Assembly (NCBI GenBank): GCA_938038445.1
Contig: CALHRZ010000017.1
Span: 12,065 to 76,064, forward strand
Source of the DNA: an uncultured bacterium
GTDB taxonomy: Bacteria > Verrucomicrobiota > Kiritimatiellia > CAIKKV01
Length of the DNA: 64,000 nt
Reading direction: 5' to 3'
Within the stretch, counting starts at the first letter, position 1; the number at the start of each line of letters is the position of its first letter. The notes under the pieces are model-generated. The model was given only the letters and a program-made list of their open reading frames with translations, was not told where the DNA came from and ran no database searches. Made by a program: the position numbers and the translations under genes. This document shows, one piece after another, positions 20,139 to 29,973 of the stretch.

Positions 20139-20561
20139 TTAATTCGAAGGCGCCTTTTCTTTCAATGCCACGAAGGATACGCGGTACAGCCCCGCCTTTC
20201 CCGCCGCCTGCATCGCCCGGCGGACGAACTCGTGACGTGTGGACTGGTGGGCCCGAATATGGACCGGCGTATCCTGCCGCCCAGCGATCCGGGCCTGGGT
20301 CAAAACCGTCACCAACCGCGCTTCAGAAAGGCGGTTTCGGGCAATGGAAATCGTACCGTCCTCATGCACCTCCACGTAAACCGTCCGCGGATCCCGTTTC
20401 TCGACGGTAGGCCCATGGGGCGAACGGGCCAGGACAATCGTTTCGTCGAAAGCCTGGCGGTCGAGCTCCACGGTCACTACAAAGAAAATGATGAGTTGGA
20501 AGACGATGTCAATCATCGGCGTCATGTTGACGCCAACCTCTTCGGTGGACCGTTTGGCCAT
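20139..20561 (-). CDS. ExbD/TolR family protein
   Basis: NMTPMIDIVFQLIIFF; VHIRA..AG..VSF C-terminus. Confidence 0.93.
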   Translation of the reverse strand: MAKRSTEEVGVNMTPMIDIVFQLIIFFVVTVELDRQAFDETIVLARSPHGPTVEKRDPRTVYVEVHEDGTISIARNRLSEARLVTVLTQARIAGRQDTPVHIRAHQSTRHEFVRRAMQAAGKAGLYRVSFVALKEKAPSN

Positions 20562-20601
20562 GACCGTCTCCCCTTCGGCACCCGATCGGGTGCGTTTTCA
20601 G

Positions 20602-21390
20602 TTACTCCTGAACAACCTCGACGTTCCGCAGCGTCTTGATGAGATCGTTCGTCAGGATCACCATGCTCAAAATGATGTTGTTGGCACGGTTGCGGAAAAA
20701 ATAAAAGAAAGCCACGGCGGGAACCGCCACCGAAAGACCGGCGGCCGTCGTGTAGAGCGCCTGGGAGATGTTCTGCGCAAGGAGCGCCTGCTGGGCGGCA
20801 CCGGCTTGCTGCGTTCCAAGGGTCGCAAACGCATAGATCATTCCTTGCACGGTTCCCAGAAGCCCCAGCATTGGGGCCAGGTTGGAGACAACGGAAAGAT
20901 AGGAAACCTTCTGAAGCAGCCTTTCGCTCTCCAAATCCGCAACCGCATTGATGGATTCCTGAATCACGTCGAATCCTTCTTCCACATTTTCAAACCCGGC
21001 GCGCAGAATGTTGGACAAAACCGTCGGCTCCTCCTTGCAGTACTCCAACGCCTTCCCAAGGTCCCCCTCATTCATCGCAGTCCTGACTTTCTCCAGAAGC
21101 GGAGCCGGCATGATCTTGCTCGGCCGGATTTTGACGAACGAATCGATAATCAGGTAGATGCCGGCCAGTGAAGTGGCGAAAAGGCCGGCCCAGAGGAGAA
21201 TTCCCAACGCGCCGCTCCCGGTCACCACATCCCAGAAGTTTGTGGCGCCTGCTTGCTGCTCTGCCTGCGTTTTGCGGGCGGCCGCCTCTTCCGCCGTCAT
21301 GGTTTCCTGGGCAAACGCCGATCCAGAACCGATGATGATCCAGCCTGCCGCGATGGCCGCCACGGCGGCCCGTTTCCACTGTCTGCTCAT
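20602..21390 (-). CDS. MotA/TolQ/ExbB family protein with N-terminal signal-like extension
   Basis: APMLGLLGTVQGMIYAF and ISQALYTTAAGL; AFA-QE signal-peptide-like N-terminus. Confidence 0.93.
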   Translation of the reverse strand: MSRQWKRAAVAAIAAGWIIIGSGSAFAQETMTAEEAAARKTQAEQQAGATNFWDVVTGSGALGILLWAGLFATSLAGIYLIIDSFVKIRPSKIMPAPLLEKVRTAMNEGDLGKALEYCKEEPTVLSNILRAGFENVEEGFDVIQESINAVADLESERLLQKVSYLSVVSNLAPMLGLLGTVQGMIYAFATLGTQQAGAAQQALLAQNISQALYTTAAGLSVAVPAVAFFYFFRNRANNIILSMVILTNDLIKTLRNVEVVQE

Positions 21391-21440
21391 GGTGTCGACT
21401 CCTCGTTTCAACCGCTCAAGTCCGATGCTCGCCCGCAACT

Positions 21441-22250
21441 TCAGGATCCCTTTTCCAACCGGGTTTTCGCTCGCACTCCAAACTCAGACTCGGGATATTG
21501 CCCGGCTTGCCGATAAAATTCAAGACTCTGTTCCGGTTTCCCCATCCGCTCCAACGTTTCGCCTGCTCGCCAGGCGGCTTCCGGAACCCATTCACGTACC
21601 TCCCGAAAAAACCGAGCGGTGCGCATAAAATCGAACAAACCCCCTTCGATATCGCCATTCTCAAGGCGTACGCGCCCCCGAATAACCTGGGCCGCAGCGG
21701 CTTCCCGCCGCGTCCCCTTGCGGACCATCTCGTCCAACAACGGATCCAGCCGATCCCGGCGTCCCAACCCCGCCAGCGATCGGGCAAGGCCGACCCTCAT
21801 CGCTTCATCACTCGTCAGATCGGCCGCACCTTCCGACGCCGCATCCAGGTTCCGGATCGCCTCGTCCCAGCGTCCGATCTCGACGTGGCAAAGGCCCATA
21901 TATTTCAACGCCTTTAGATCCCAACCCAAAAAGCGATACTGCTCCACAATTCCCTGAAGCAGACGGATGGCTTCGTCGTATTCCTTCTTCCGCATCCGTT
22001 CCAGCGCCTGACCCATGGCCACAGGTTCGTCCATGATTACCCGGGTCCCTTTCGGGTATTCCAGCCGGGCACCCTCCGGCAGGATGAGTATGATCGTACC
22101 ATCCGCCGCCGCACGAACCTCGCGGCCCTCCACCCGGCGTCCGTCAGGCAACACCACGATAGGATTTCCAGCCCATACCCCTTCCCAGGCTCCCTCCAAA
22201 CCCAAAGCGAACACCGCAAACGCCTGCGCGGCCAACCGTCTCACCCTCAT
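21441..22250 (-). CDS. Exported TPR protein with a small N-terminal beta domain
   Basis: Signal-like N-terminus, LPDGRRVEG beta-hairpin module, TPRs, C-terminal YPESEF. Confidence 0.75.
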   Translation of the reverse strand: MRVRRLAAQAFAVFALGLEGAWEGVWAGNPIVVLPDGRRVEGREVRAAADGTIILILPEGARLEYPKGTRVIMDEPVAMGQALERMRKKEYDEAIRLLQGIVEQYRFLGWDLKALKYMGLCHVEIGRWDEAIRNLDAASEGAADLTSDEAMRVGLARSLAGLGRRDRLDPLLDEMVRKGTRREAAAAQVIRGRVRLENGDIEGGLFDFMRTARFFREVREWVPEAAWRAGETLERMGKPEQSLEFYRQAGQYPESEFGVRAKTRLEKGS

Positions 22251-25200
22251 GATCCTGAACCTCCCGTGGTTCGGCGCAGAATAGCTTCACTGCGCCACCG
22301 GCGAACCTCCTCGGCACCCCCCGCGTGGGGAAATTCCGAGGTAAACCGGTTGGCGTTTTCGACCACATCATCCCAACGCCCACCCTCCCGGAAGAGACGA
22401 ACGCTTTCATAAAGCGCCTTTTGGTAAAAGGGGCGAATGACCGGATCATCCGGTTTGCTCAAGAGGACAATCCGCTGGTAGGACGCAAGGGCTCCGTCTC
22501 GATCGCCCTGGGCAAGCTGGAGTTCAGCAAGTTCCGTGGTCGCCCGGGTAATCAACCGCTGATCGGTCGCCCGCAAAAAGACATCGCGCAAGACCTCGGT
22601 CGCCTCCTTAAGGCTTCCGGCGCCACGTAACGCCCGTCCAAGAAGGAAACGCGCTTCAAAGAAAAAGGGCGACCGCGGATACTCTTCGATTAGCCGACGC
22701 AACGCTTCAGCCGCTTCCGCCGGCCGATTGAGCGCCAGACGGGATTGCCCTAGCGCCATAAGGACACGCTGTTCCACATCCCCGCGCCGAACTCCCTCGG
22801 TCAGAGCATCCATCCGCTTGAGGGAAGCCTCAAACGCTCGAGCAGCCGCCTCGTGACGACCGCGATCTTGAAACAGAATTCCCGCTCGAAGAAATTGATC
22901 GGCCGGATAGCGGTCCGCCTCCCGAAGCATTTCCTGCAATACCTCCTCCGCCTTTTCCAACCGCTGAATCTCAATCAGACTCCTCAGCATGGCAAGCCGG
23001 GCGTTCTGACCGGCTTCCGACTGGGGATACTGCGTCGCCAGCTCTTGGTAAACCGCAGCCGCCTCATCCGAACGCCCTTCCACCAGCAGGATTGCGCCCA
23101 TCGTGCTGAGCGCGGTCGGCGCAAGCGTCGATTTCGGATAGGTTTCCACAAACCGGCGAAGATGGGCAATCGCTTCCTTACGGGATGCGGCGCCGGCCTC
23201 TCCCGCCCCCGCCATCAACATCTTGCAATATCCAAGATAGAAAAAGGCTTGCTGGTGGATCTCCTCATTCTTGCGCAACGCCTCAATAGATGTACTAAAC
23301 GCCCCACCTTTGTTATCCAGCCAACCCGTCAACTCCGCGTAATGTTGAAAAGCGTCCGCATAAGCGCCCATCTGGCGGTAGGCATCGGCCAGACAAAGCT
23401 TCGCCTGAGCCTTTTCCGTCCCCGCCTGCGCATCCGCCAGAAAGCGGGAGAACCCCTCGACCGCCCGGGGAAAATCACCCCGTAAATAATAAGCCCACCC
23501 GATCCGGTTGAGGGATTGGAGATAGCGGGGGGTCTTCGTGTACCGCTCGACGAGACGCCGGTAATAGACAACGGCACCCTCGTAATCCTCCACTTTCCAA
23601 CGCTGCTCCCCTAACATGAACAGAATTTCAGCCGCACTCGGATGCTCCGGAAACCCTTCCAGATAGCGCTCGTAGAGAAAGAGATAGAGATCCCGATTGT
23701 TTTGCTCGAAGAAATAACGGCCCACCCGAAGAAAAGCCTGGGCCGCAAGGGGATTGCCTCCAAACCGTTCCGCAAGATACTCCGCCGTGACCCGCAAACT
23801 CAACAGATCGCTCACCCGAGCATAACATTCGAGCAGATTCCCCAGCGCCGCAAGAGGCTCTTCTCCCTCGGGAAAATCATTGAGCCCTTTCAAATACTGC
23901 TCAATTGCTTTTTCGTACTCTTTCCGGCTGAACAAATTGTGCCCCTCGCGAAGCACAACGCGGGCGATTTTCTCCCTGCCCCCTTCCCGCGCCTCGATCG
24001 TAACCTCTTTTCCCGTGAGTTCCTTCACTCGGCTCTTGATGCGATCAATCGCTTCCCCCGCATTTTGACTCCAATCCGTCCCCGGATAACCGGAAAAAAC
24101 CCCGTAATAACGCCGAAGCGCTTCCGCATAATGCGAGAGGGCCAATTCCAGCCGTTTTTCCTCCAAGGCGACGTGATTCCGTCCGCGTTCCATCTCCACA
24201 AAACCCGCAAACTTCTCGCCCGGCAACAGGTCGGGCTGGGGAGAAACCCCATGCTTTTTGTCGAAGGAGTCTGCCGTCTGAATCAGTTTCTGAACCCGTT
24301 CCTTGAGTTTATTCTTCCGGTCCGCGACGGCGGGCGTCCATCCGTCTCCGCTTTCCAACTCCAAAAGGACACGCTCGAATTGGCGAGCGCTTTCGAGAAA
24401 ACGGAGAAATGGTTCCTGCCGCGCCTCGGGGGTTCCAGGCAACGTCACAGTCGTTTTTTCCTTCGCGGCCCGATCCAGGATCGCCGCGTCCCGCTGGGCA
24501 ACACGGGCGATCAGGCTCCAGAGTTCTTCAAATTCACCTGCCGCGCGTTCCAGAAACCGAAGGGCTTCCGCTTCCCGCACCTCACGGGAGGCCGTTAAAA
24601 AATCTCCACGGTCCTTATGAATCCGCCCCAAAAGGCTGAGCGCGCCGGCATAAGGGCTCTCGGAAACCAACCCCGCTTCGGACAGCCGTTCATCCAGTTT
24701 CCGAAGCATCTCCATGTTCTTGTTGAGAAGCGCGATCGCCTTGTCTTCATTCCCCTCCAACAATTCCACATGCGCCAACGCAGCAACGGCTCGGCCGAAC
24801 CAAAGGTCCATGCCTCCCCAAACAACCTCGTCACTGTTCGCCCGCGCCTTGCGAATTAAAGACTCCCGTTCCTTGCCGGCCGGAAGGCCACGGGCCGCTC
24901 GCAGAAGAAGTTCGGCCTGCTCCAATTTGAGTTGCCGAAGAGCGTCCCGATCGTCCGGCCCCAGCAGGGGAAAAATGCGGTCGTACATTCCGGCGGCAGC
25001 AAGGGGATCGTTGGCCATCGCCAACATCTGAGAAAACTTGTATGCGGCATCCCGAAAAAAGCGCCGAACATCTGGATCGGTCGGAACGGCATTCGTGTGC
25101 CGATTGAAGAAATCCGCATAGATCGCGCGGGTCTTTTCACGCTCGCCTGCCATGAAATAGCCGTCCGCGAGCGCAAGAAGGATCGCCTGCGCTTTGGGAC

Positions 25201-25522
25201 TATCCTTGGGAACCGTAGCCAACAACTCCTCGGCCTGACGGAAACGACGCCGTTCAATCATCGCCTCCGCTCGAACCACCGTCGTCCGCTCCCGAAGGGT
25301 CGGATACTCCATCTCAATCCGATCCATGACCCGTTCGGCCAGATCGGGCATCTTAAGTTTGTGGATCAGGCCGGACGCAAACTCAAACTCTCGCTCCAAA
25401 AGAGGGTCGGCGATAGAACTCCCCGCAGGCGCCTGCTGACCATGCAACGGGACCGCCAGAACGATCGCAAGCGAAAGCAGAAGAAGCCCTCTGCGCATTC
25501 TTCCGCCGTTTCCGTTCTGCAT
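22247..25522 (-). CDS. Large exported TPR protein (1091 aa)
   Basis: Signal peptide; many BamD/CpoB-like TPR units (YPKSTLA, YPQSEAG, YPRSPF, FPEHPSA). Confidence 0.85.
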   Translation of the reverse strand: MQNGNGGRMRRGLLLLSLAIVLAVPLHGQQAPAGSSIADPLLEREFEFASGLIHKLKMPDLAERVMDRIEMEYPTLRERTTVVRAEAMIERRRFRQAEELLATVPKDSPKAQAILLALADGYFMAGEREKTRAIYADFFNRHTNAVPTDPDVRRFFRDAAYKFSQMLAMANDPLAAAGMYDRIFPLLGPDDRDALRQLKLEQAELLLRAARGLPAGKERESLIRKARANSDEVVWGGMDLWFGRAVAALAHVELLEGNEDKAIALLNKNMEMLRKLDERLSEAGLVSESPYAGALSLLGRIHKDRGDFLTASREVREAEALRFLERAAGEFEELWSLIARVAQRDAAILDRAAKEKTTVTLPGTPEARQEPFLRFLESARQFERVLLELESGDGWTPAVADRKNKLKERVQKLIQTADSFDKKHGVSPQPDLLPGEKFAGFVEMERGRNHVALEEKRLELALSHYAEALRRYYGVFSGYPGTDWSQNAGEAIDRIKSRVKELTGKEVTIEAREGGREKIARVVLREGHNLFSRKEYEKAIEQYLKGLNDFPEGEEPLAALGNLLECYARVSDLLSLRVTAEYLAERFGGNPLAAQAFLRVGRYFFEQNNRDLYLFLYERYLEGFPEHPSAAEILFMLGEQRWKVEDYEGAVVYYRRLVERYTKTPRYLQSLNRIGWAYYLRGDFPRAVEGFSRFLADAQAGTEKAQAKLCLADAYRQMGAYADAFQHYAELTGWLDNKGGAFSTSIEALRKNEEIHQQAFFYLGYCKMLMAGAGEAGAASRKEAIAHLRRFVETYPKSTLAPTALSTMGAILLVEGRSDEAAAVYQELATQYPQSEAGQNARLAMLRSLIEIQRLEKAEEVLQEMLREADRYPADQFLRAGILFQDRGRHEAAARAFEASLKRMDALTEGVRRGDVEQRVLMALGQSRLALNRPAEAAEALRRLIEEYPRSPFFFEARFLLGRALRGAGSLKEATEVLRDVFLRATDQRLITRATTELAELQLAQGDRDGALASYQRIVLLSKPDDPVIRPFYQKALYESVRLFREGGRWDDVVENANRFTSEFPHAGGAEEVRRWRSEAILRRTTGGSGS

Positions 25523-25583
25523 ATATCCACCCTTTCCTTGCCTTTTTATCCGATCGGCACGATTGTTTCAAGTAAAACCTTGC

Positions 25584-27395
25584 TCATTTCGGAACCTCCC
25601 CGCCGAAATTGATCGCCATATACTGGGTAAAGGCATAATAGATGATGTTCACCCCCAGTTTGTAAGCCTGGCTGGCCACGGACTCGGAAGCGCCGGAATG
25701 GCCCGTCTTCCAGGCATCGTTGATATCCCCCTGGTGGTAGAATACAACCCAGCGCCCCTTGTACTTGACCCCCAGCGCTTCCTTGCCGGAGTGATGCCAA
25801 AGAGGGGGCGCTCCGTTGGGGAAATAAAAGGGATATTGGAAGATCACGTCATCCTTGGAAATCACGACCAGAGGAAGATCGGGAAAGACCCGCCGCAACA
25901 TTGTCCGGAAACTCCGGTCGAAATTCCCTCCCCCATTGTCCGCAAAGAGCATCCCTCCCATTTCCAGGCAATACTCCCGAAGAATGTTGACTTCCGACTG
26001 GGAGAGATTGATGCTCCCGCGCAACCCGCCGGTGATATAGACAAAAGGCGGAGCTCGATTCTTTGGAAAACGCTTCAACTGGTGGATGCGGATGGACTCC
26101 GTGTGAGGCCAGATGTCAAAACCGGTAAATTCCCGAAACTTGAGAAGCATGTTGTAATCGGCGCCAAATCCCATGTCCTGATCCCAGTCTCCCCCGTCGT
26201 ATTCCAGACGAATAAACCGGACCCTTGCCCGCTCCATTCCGTTCGGCCACCCCCCTTTCTTCCCGCCTCCCGCCCCGAGCTTGCCGAGCTGCTGCGCTTC
26301 GTAAGTCTGTTCGGTCTGGCGATCGATCTCTTCCAGCACCTCGCTGTCCTCGATGCGGGGTATATAAAAGGATATGGGCGCATTCAGGTTGATAATGAAC
26401 TTCTTTTCCGGCTTCTTCTGAATCCGCCGGACCTTGATCATCTCGATCATCGGCGTTCCGCTGCCTTGCGGAATCCCATACGGCAGTTCCATGCATCCCC
26501 ACCGAAACGCGATCAGGGGGAGAATAAAAATGAAGAAAAGGTGCAGCAGAGAGGAAAGATAGAGCGATTTCCTAAAGGGAGGATCCTCTCCGTGACGGCG
26601 GAGGTTGTCCCAAAGCCAGTCCGCCCAACCCGGTTGTTCCCCCTTCCGCCCGTACCAAGCGCCCGTCCGACAAAGCCATAGCGCCATGGTAAAAGCCGCC
26701 ACACCAACGATCCACGGCAGCACCCGTATCGTGCCCCAGGTCCAAAGTTCATTGCGTACCGTATTCCCATAAGCATCCGGTTGAAAGCGGCGGAGGAGCG
26801 AAGGAATCACCAGAACCCACCGCCAGATCAGGAGAAAGTAGAAAACCAGGGCAAGGGCAACCCCGCGCAGAAAAACAATCACCCCAGGGCGACGATAAAA
26901 CGACGCCAACGCCGCCAAAGGAAGAAGGACCATCAAAACGCCGGAAAAGACCGCCAGAACCCCATAGAACCCTCCCCAACTTTCCCACGGAAGGGTGTTC
27001 AGTGTCGGAACATCCATGTCCAGCAAATGGGCCAGCGCCGCCACGCCGTAACCGGTCACCCGAGAAGGAAGCCAGGCAACCCCAACGAAAAGAATCCCGA
27101 TCACGCACGGGGGAGTGACCCAACGAAGAGACTCCTCCCCAACCGTTCGACACCACGCCCGAAGACGAAGAAAAATTGGCGAAAAAAACCCTTGCAGCAG
27201 AATCGCGGTCCTAAGAGCGAGCTCACGTATCCTTCCCGCCAACGGACGAACTCGTACGGTCGCGAGAGAGAACAGGGCCATCAGGCCGTCATCCACCCGG
27301 CCTGGAAGACGCACCAAAGTCCGAATCGGACCGATGCGCCCGATTCGGTAGATCCATCTCCGCCCTTCGAACCTCACCCGGCCCCCCTTGATCAA
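25584..27395 (-). CDS. Multi-TM protein with a C-terminal DUF4159-like domain
   Basis: Several TM helices, a final SSLLH helix, then FIRLEYDGGDW..PFVYITG..LREY..GGMLFADN..GVNIIYYA. TTG start is uncertain. Confidence 0.75.
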   Translation of the reverse strand: MIKGGRVRFEGRRWIYRIGRIGPIRTLVRLPGRVDDGLMALFSLATVRVRPLAGRIRELALRTAILLQGFFSPIFLRLRAWCRTVGEESLRWVTPPCVIGILFVGVAWLPSRVTGYGVAALAHLLDMDVPTLNTLPWESWGGFYGVLAVFSGVLMVLLPLAALASFYRRPGVIVFLRGVALALVFYFLLIWRWVLVIPSLLRRFQPDAYGNTVRNELWTWGTIRVLPWIVGVAAFTMALWLCRTGAWYGRKGEQPGWADWLWDNLRRHGEDPPFRKSLYLSSLLHLFFIFILPLIAFRWGCMELPYGIPQGSGTPMIEMIKVRRIQKKPEKKFIINLNAPISFYIPRIEDSEVLEEIDRQTEQTYEAQQLGKLGAGGGKKGGWPNGMERARVRFIRLEYDGGDWDQDMGFGADYNMLLKFREFTGFDIWPHTESIRIHQLKRFPKNRAPPFVYITGGLRGSINLSQSEVNILREYCLEMGGMLFADNGGGNFDRSFRTMLRRVFPDLPLVVISKDDVIFQYPFYFPNGAPPLWHHSGKEALGVKYKGRWVVFYHQGDINDAWKTGHSGASESVASQAYKLGVNIIYYAFTQYMAINFGGEVPK

Positions 27396-28426
27396 AGCTT
27401 GAGTTCAATATCAGTAGGCCGGGGCGTTTCGCCCGGCACGGGAAGCGTCTCCCATTCCTGGGTGGACGAAGGAGCCACCGGCGAAGGCGGGGGAGACGTA
27501 GCCGGGGTCGCGGGAATCGGCGCCGTCACGGTGCCCGTTTCCGCGCCCGCCGAACCCGGCGGCGCTTGGGTGACCGATCCGCCCGTCGCAACCGCAGCTG
27601 TCGGAACTTCCGGTTCAGGTTCTTTCGGCCGGATGCGCCGATACAAATATCCCAAAGAGGTCAATCCGAGAACCACAAGATGTATCGCAACCGCCGCCCG
27701 CAAAAAGCGGGCAAACGAAACCTTGCGAAGATCGGACATGGCCACGTCCGCACGAGCGGCCTCCGATTCCCAGTCGATCTCACCCCCGCGCTTCAGAAGG
27801 TCCCGTTCTATGGCGGCGGCCGACACATTCTCCCCGGCAGGAGCCGACGCCCGTTCCCGGAGTTCTTGCTCGAGGCGAGTGATGACGGCTCGCGCCGCCT
27901 CAAGTTCAGCACGGGACTGCGCCGTCCATTCCAGCCGCTGCCGTTCCATGTCCTCCGCATGCCGGGTCTGAACAGACGCCAATTCCCGTTCCGCGCGCTC
28001 CAGACGCAAACGCGATGTCTCAAGCAAGGTTTCGAGTTCCTTGATGCGCTCGGACAACAAGCGAATTTCAGCCTCTTTCCGATCCAACCGTTCCTTCCAA
28101 ACCCGATCCTCACCTGAAACTGAAGAGGACGACAACGCGGAAACCGGAGGCGGAGCCGGCGCAGGCTCTTTCGTTTCCGGCGACGGTGAAAGGGGCGCGG
28201 CCGCAGATTTCGAAGGCTGCTCGGTCATCGCCGCATCCGCAGGAAATGACTTCACCGGCGCCGAAGGGGCAGGAGCTTCGCCCGACATGCGACCGGCAGG
28301 TTCCGTCTCGGTCGGAACAGGCGTCTTTTTGGCGCACCGGGGACAAAGAATGGTCTTTCCCGCAAAGGTTTTGAGCACTTTGAGGGCCGCCCCGCATCGA
28401 GCACAAGAAAAAGCAATCGTATTCAT
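27392..28426 (-). CDS. Zn-ribbon + Pro-rich linker + coiled-coil + TM protein
   Basis: CARC..CPRC at the N-terminus, heptad region, TM AAVAIHLVVLGL, Pro/Thr-rich tail; 4-nt overlaps with both neighbours. Confidence 0.75.
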   Translation of the reverse strand: MNTIAFSCARCGAALKVLKTFAGKTILCPRCAKKTPVPTETEPAGRMSGEAPAPSAPVKSFPADAAMTEQPSKSAAAPLSPSPETKEPAPAPPPVSALSSSSVSGEDRVWKERLDRKEAEIRLLSERIKELETLLETSRLRLERAERELASVQTRHAEDMERQRLEWTAQSRAELEAARAVITRLEQELRERASAPAGENVSAAAIERDLLKRGGEIDWESEAARADVAMSDLRKVSFARFLRAAVAIHLVVLGLTSLGYLYRRIRPKEPEPEVPTAAVATGGSVTQAPPGSAGAETGTVTAPIPATPATSPPPSPVAPSSTQEWETLPVPGETPRPTDIELKL

Positions 28427-28830
28427 TGTCCGGATCCCGTCTTTTCGCCGATCAGAACCAGTTCCGCCTCGGATTGGGCCAGGGCGGCGAGCACCCGACC
28501 GAATTCGCGATACCGCCGATCCCGATCCATTTTCAAATACACCCGCCGGTCCTTCCGGTCGCCAAGTAAGGAGGACACCAGCGGCTCCAGCGCATCCAAC
28601 GCGCATTCTTCACCCTGCACCCACAGCCGGCCTTGTTCGTCCAGAACCACGCTGAGGGGTGCCTGCTCGAGAATCTCGATATCGGGCGATTCGGGCGGCC
28701 GGCTTTTAATATGCGCCTCCTTCATGAAGACCGACGCCAGCACAAAGAAAATGATGAGCTGAAAAGCAATATCGCCGAAGGATGTGAGGGGAAGAAGGGG
28801 TTGGCGGCGCCGTCTGCGGGCAATCTTCAC
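28423..28830 (-). CDS. ExbD/TolR family protein
   Basis: LTSFGDIAFQLIIFF TM with Asp; VYLKMDRD..Y. Confidence 0.88.
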   Translation of the reverse strand: MKIARRRRRQPLLPLTSFGDIAFQLIIFFVLASVFMKEAHIKSRPPESPDIEILEQAPLSVVLDEQGRLWVQGEECALDALEPLVSSLLGDRKDRRVYLKMDRDRRYREFGRVLAALAQSEAELVLIGEKTGSGQ

Positions 28831-29300
28831 GAGCCCTCCTTTCCGCCGCCTCCGGAGGGAGGTGAACCCGATGCCCCCCCGCCTCCCTCTCCGCTTTCGG
28901 CGCTTTCCACAAGGGCCAGGATTCCACCCTCGCGGGCAATCGCGGTCACCACCTTGTAGTAGCGATCGTAATCCACGTCAGGAGCGCACTCTACGATCAA
29001 AACCCGCTCGCTCTCAGAACGTTCCCGCAGCTTCATCTGTTTCAGCGCCTCGCGGAACTCTTCGATCGTAAGGGTTTCCTCCTTGAATTGCAGCGTCTCC
29101 GCCGTCAGAGCAACAGTGGGGTATTCCTCCTCCGGTTTCTGGGACTCCTCCTGCGTGCTGGCCGGGATCATGACGGAAACCCCCATGCTTTTGGAAAAGG
29201 TCGTCGTCAGAATGAAGAAAATGATCAGAAGAAACGCGACGTCGGCAAAGGAGGTGACGTCCACGTCTCGGAATTCACGGGGTTTTCGCGCAATACGCAT
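28827..29300 (-). CDS. ExbD/TolR family protein
   Basis: VTSFADVAFLLIIFFILTTTF TM with Asp. Confidence 0.9.
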   Translation of the reverse strand: MRIARKPREFRDVDVTSFADVAFLLIIFFILTTTFSKSMGVSVMIPASTQEESQKPEEEYPTVALTAETLQFKEETLTIEEFREALKQMKLRERSESERVLIVECAPDVDYDRYYKVVTAIAREGGILALVESAESGEGGGGASGSPPSGGGGKEGS

Positions 29301-29317
29301 CGGAAAAGCCAGGAATT

Positions 29318-29956
29318 TCAGTCCCGCAAATGCAAAAAGTTAACGAGTTCGTTGGCCGAATCTTCGATCGCGATCGTCAGTTGTTCAACGCGATTGACAA
29401 AGAGGTTGTAGGCAATGACCGCCGGGACCGCGATCAAGAGCCCTGCCGCCGTGGTAATCAACGCCTCCGAGATGCCGGCCGCCACATCGCCGCCTTGCAG
29501 AGTGCCGCCCGCCTTGGCCATTTCGTTGAACGCCTTGATCATACCCGTAACCGTTCCCGTCATGCCAACCAGCGGCGCCGTACTGCCCACCAGCAGCAAC
29601 AGCCCGACCCGTTTCTCCAATTCCGCCAACACATGCGGCGCATAATCCTCCATACATTTGGAGACACTCGCTTCGATTTCCGCTTTCTGTCGCCTCAGCG
29701 CCATTAACGCCCGGTAGCGATTGAGCCCCGCAAGCAAAATCGCCGCCACAGGACCTTTGGTTTCTTCACATAAGCGGATCGCTTCGTCCACCTTGCGCTC
29801 CGCGAGCAATTGCAAAACCATGCGCCGGAGCAATGAGGTATCCCGGCTGGCGGTCGCCAAAACCCTCCAGCGCTCCAAAATCACAGCCAGTCCGGTGATC
29901 GAAAGAGCGAGCAACACCCACATCAGGGGGCCGCCGTCGAGCATGAATTTCAGCAT
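29318..29956 (-). CDS. MotA/TolQ/ExbB family protein
   Basis: GGPLMW..ILER, APLVGMTGTVTGMIKAF, GISEALITTAAGL. Confidence 0.94.
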   Translation of the reverse strand: MLKFMLDGGPLMWVLLALSITGLAVILERWRVLATASRDTSLLRRMVLQLLAERKVDEAIRLCEETKGPVAAILLAGLNRYRALMALRRQKAEIEASVSKCMEDYAPHVLAELEKRVGLLLLVGSTAPLVGMTGTVTGMIKAFNEMAKAGGTLQGGDVAAGISEALITTAAGLLIAVPAVIAYNLFVNRVEQLTIAIEDSANELVNFLHLRD

Positions 29957-29973
29957 GGGACAGAACTCCGGAG

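Noticed and set aside
19713-29956. Canonical TonB uptake, Tol-Pal, flagellar stator or Zorya system
   Set aside because: No TonB_C, receptor, TolB or Pal; the partners are ExbD-like without an OmpA-like peptidoglycan-binding domain; no helicase or nuclease effectors.
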